DNA of 28,612 bases. Source: Candidatus Omnitrophota bacterium. GTDB lineage: Bacteria > Omnitrophota > Gorgyraeia > JABMRN01 > RBG-13-46-9. The notes beneath the pieces were generated by a model that was given only the letters and a program-made list of their open reading frames with translations, made no database searches and had not been told where the DNA came from. Shown in pieces: positions 27,139 through 28,612 of the stretch; position 1 is the stretch's first letter; each line of letters opens with the position of its first letter. The stretch covers positions 1-28,612 of the forward strand of contig JABMQJ010000025.1 in assembly GCA_013203315.1 (NCBI GenBank). The letters run 5' to 3'. The position numbers and the translations under genes are program-made.

Positions 27139-27504
27139 ATGTGGGACGGCATTGATCGAAGAAAGTTTCCGCGCGTTCATTATAAATGTGTAATTCGTCT
27201 CCGGAAAAGGGATTCTTCAAAAGCAATAGCCACAAATACAGAAAATATCGGCGCCGGTGGAATTTGCGTTATTCTCGACGAGGATCTTGGACTTTTTCAA
27301 GGGGTGAACTTGGAAGTTGACCTGGAAAACGGCCTTCCCTCAAATATAAAATGCAGCGGCACTATTGTTTGGGTTGTCAAAAAACACGATATCGGCAAAA
27401 AAGGCCGGGCGCAATATGACACGGGCATAGAATTCGTGGATATCAGTGAGGAAAGCGCCAAGCGCGTAGCAAAAATCGTCGAAGAGCACCTTAAGGACTC
27501 TTGA
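27139..27504 (+). CDS. Standalone PilZ domain protein
   Basis: DRRKFPR (RxxxR), NIGAGG, G.IVW, GIEF. Confidence 0.9.
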   Translation: MWDGIDRRKFPRVHYKCVIRLRKRDSSKAIATNTENIGAGGICVILDEDLGLFQGVNLEVDLENGLPSNIKCSGTIVWVVKKHDIGKKGRAQYDTGIEFVDISEESAKRVAKIVEEHLKDS

Positions 27505-27523
27505 AAAAATGTCCACGGTGGGG

Positions 27524-27552
27524 TTGACAAAGAAAATCCCATGTGATATACT
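27524..27552 (+). promoter_or_regulatory. Near-consensus sigma70 promoter
   Basis: TTGACA-17 nt-TATACT with extended -10 TG; AGGAGGT RBS downstream. Confidence 0.8.
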
Positions 27553-27594
27553 TCATAATCAAAGAATAAAATATGAAAAGGAGGTGAATAAAAC

Positions 27595-27915
27595 ATGAAA
27601 AAAGGAATTATTATCGCTGTTGCTTTGTTAATGGTATTTAGCTTAACAACTACTTGTTTCGCACAGGACATGGGCAAGAAATTGACCCGCGGTCTTGCAA
27701 ATATATTAACAGGCTGGGTTGAAATTCCCAAGAATATTTATGACACAAGCGTAGAAGATAACGTACTTTCTGGTCTAACAGTTGGCTTAGTAAAAGGCGT
27801 AGGCATGGCCATTGTAAGGACCGGTGCAGGAGTATACGAAACAGTAACATTCCCATTCCCGATTCCGGAAGATTTCGCACCAGTTCTCGAACCAGAATTT
27901 ATTTTTAGCGAATAA
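27595..27915 (+). CDS. Exosortase system-associated TIGR04073-like protein
   Basis: Signal peptide; KL.RG..N...GW.EIP...G...R...G.YE..TFP.P.P. Confidence 0.8.
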   Translation: MKKGIIIAVALLMVFSLTTTCFAQDMGKKLTRGLANILTGWVEIPKNIYDTSVEDNVLSGLTVGLVKGVGMAIVRTGAGVYETVTFPFPIPEDFAPVLEPEFIFSE

Positions 27916-27943
27916 ATCTTTGACTTTTCTACTTTGAAAAGAG

Positions 27944-27983
27944 CAAAAAAGAGGGATGGATGTAAATCTATTCCTCTTTTTTG
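27944..27983 (+). terminator. Intrinsic terminator, possibly bidirectional
   Basis: 18-bp stem with two G-U pairs and a GTAA tetraloop, including A6/T6 runs at the base. Confidence 0.75.
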
Positions 27984-28007
27984 TCAAAACTTAACTAGGA
28001 AAAAATC

Positions 28008-28427
28008 ATGAGTGACGAAAATAAAAAACAAAATCCCGAAGAACAACCGAAGAATGCCCCGCAAAGTCCAGGGGAGGGCAAAAGCCCAACTCCTGCTAAA
28101 GCCCCGGCCGAGAAGACAGCGGATAAACCAAAAGAGGCAGAAAAACCTAAGGATGCAGAAAAAAAAGAAGAGGCACCTAAGGTTGAAAGGCCCAAAGAAT
28201 GTGTCTCCTGCGGAAAAGGCATTAAGGACAAATGGTACTATCGCGAGAACGGATTCTACTGCACAAAGGGCTGCTGGAAGAAGACAAAGAAGGCGAAAAA
28301 AGAAGCTGACGAAAAAGCTGCCCAGGAAAAGGCCGCGAAGGAAACTGAAGCCAAGGCCGCCAAAGAAGCCGAAGCTGCGAAGCCTACCGAGGACAAACCT
28401 GCGGACAAACCCGAAGAGAAGAAATAA
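28008..28427 (+). CDS. Low-complexity K/E/A/P protein with a central four-Cys Zn-finger-like module
   Basis: CVSC...FYCTKGC between disordered charged arms; AGGA RBS. Confidence 0.75.
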   Translation: MSDENKKQNPEEQPKNAPQSPGEGKSPTPAKAPAEKTADKPKEAEKPKDAEKKEEAPKVERPKECVSCGKGIKDKWYYRENGFYCTKGCWKKTKKAKKEADEKAAQEKAAKETEAKAAKEAEAAKPTEDKPADKPEEKK

Positions 28428-28480
28428 CCCGCTCGCCCTTCGTCAAACAGTACTTGCGTAGGGCACTGGGTTTCTCTTTA
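28428..28480 (+). terminator. Possible terminator
   Basis: Imperfect GCCCTTCG/CGTAGGGC stem followed by TTTCTCTTT. Confidence 0.35.
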
Positions 28481-28583
28481 ACCACACACGCCTACTCATA
28501 ATTCAAACCTCTTATAAGAAGCAAGAGACGCAATTTCCTTCCCCACGAAAATTTCTGTTCACTAAAGCAAACCTTCGTCTTAT

Positions 28584-28612
28584 CGGAATGAGAGGGTATT
28601 GGTGAGGGCGGC
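28584..28612. repeat. Partial copy of the 14-173 repeat arm, cut by the window edge
   Basis: 28584-28601 CGGAATGAGAGGGTATTG is the exact reverse complement of 156-173. Confidence 0.8.

Noticed and set aside
373-28231. Numerous 60-170 aa antisense or nested ORFs in the track
   Set aside because: They lie largely within recognised genes and show no motifs or independent translation signals
28012-28461. 149-aa R/K-rich alternative-frame ORF
   Set aside because: Frame shadow of the low-complexity 28008 gene, which has the RBS and the Cys motif

Overview
Gene-dense, mostly plus-strand window from a moderate-GC bacterium. It carries the PVC-superphylum small basic signature protein, and the gene content suggests Candidatus Omnitrophota (inference). 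Core blocks in order: flippase-like gene, aroQ, M24 peptidase, efp, accB, accC, amaP-like, pfk, gmhA, rfaE2, ThiD2, thiE, thiC, tRNA-Gly(CCC); LysM/M23, archaeal-type ATPase, metallophosphoesterase, HIT, dGTPase, PocR/GAF/HD-GYP, small wHTH; UvrD-nuclease, SPOR, PVC signature protein, tRNA-binding protein; aroB, GNAT, thioesterase; ExeA/GspB-like pair (minus strand); PilZ, TIGR04073-like and a Zn-finger protein. The best candidate for an undescribed system is the ~1.8 kb islet after tRNA-Gly. It encodes a secreted TPR protein with a toxin-tip-like H/D/N domain, coupled to a small secreted Rap1a-like protein, followed by two tandem paralogous membrane microproteins, one missed by the ORF track. 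Also notable are a catalytically degenerate HD-GYP sensor, a ThiD2/ThiE overlap that a +1 shift would fuse, two long intergenic palindromes (one with a motif recurring at the far window end) and a probable leaderless exeA mRNA. No integrase, transposase, CRISPR array or rRNA was seen. All family names come from motif recognition by eye, not from database searches.
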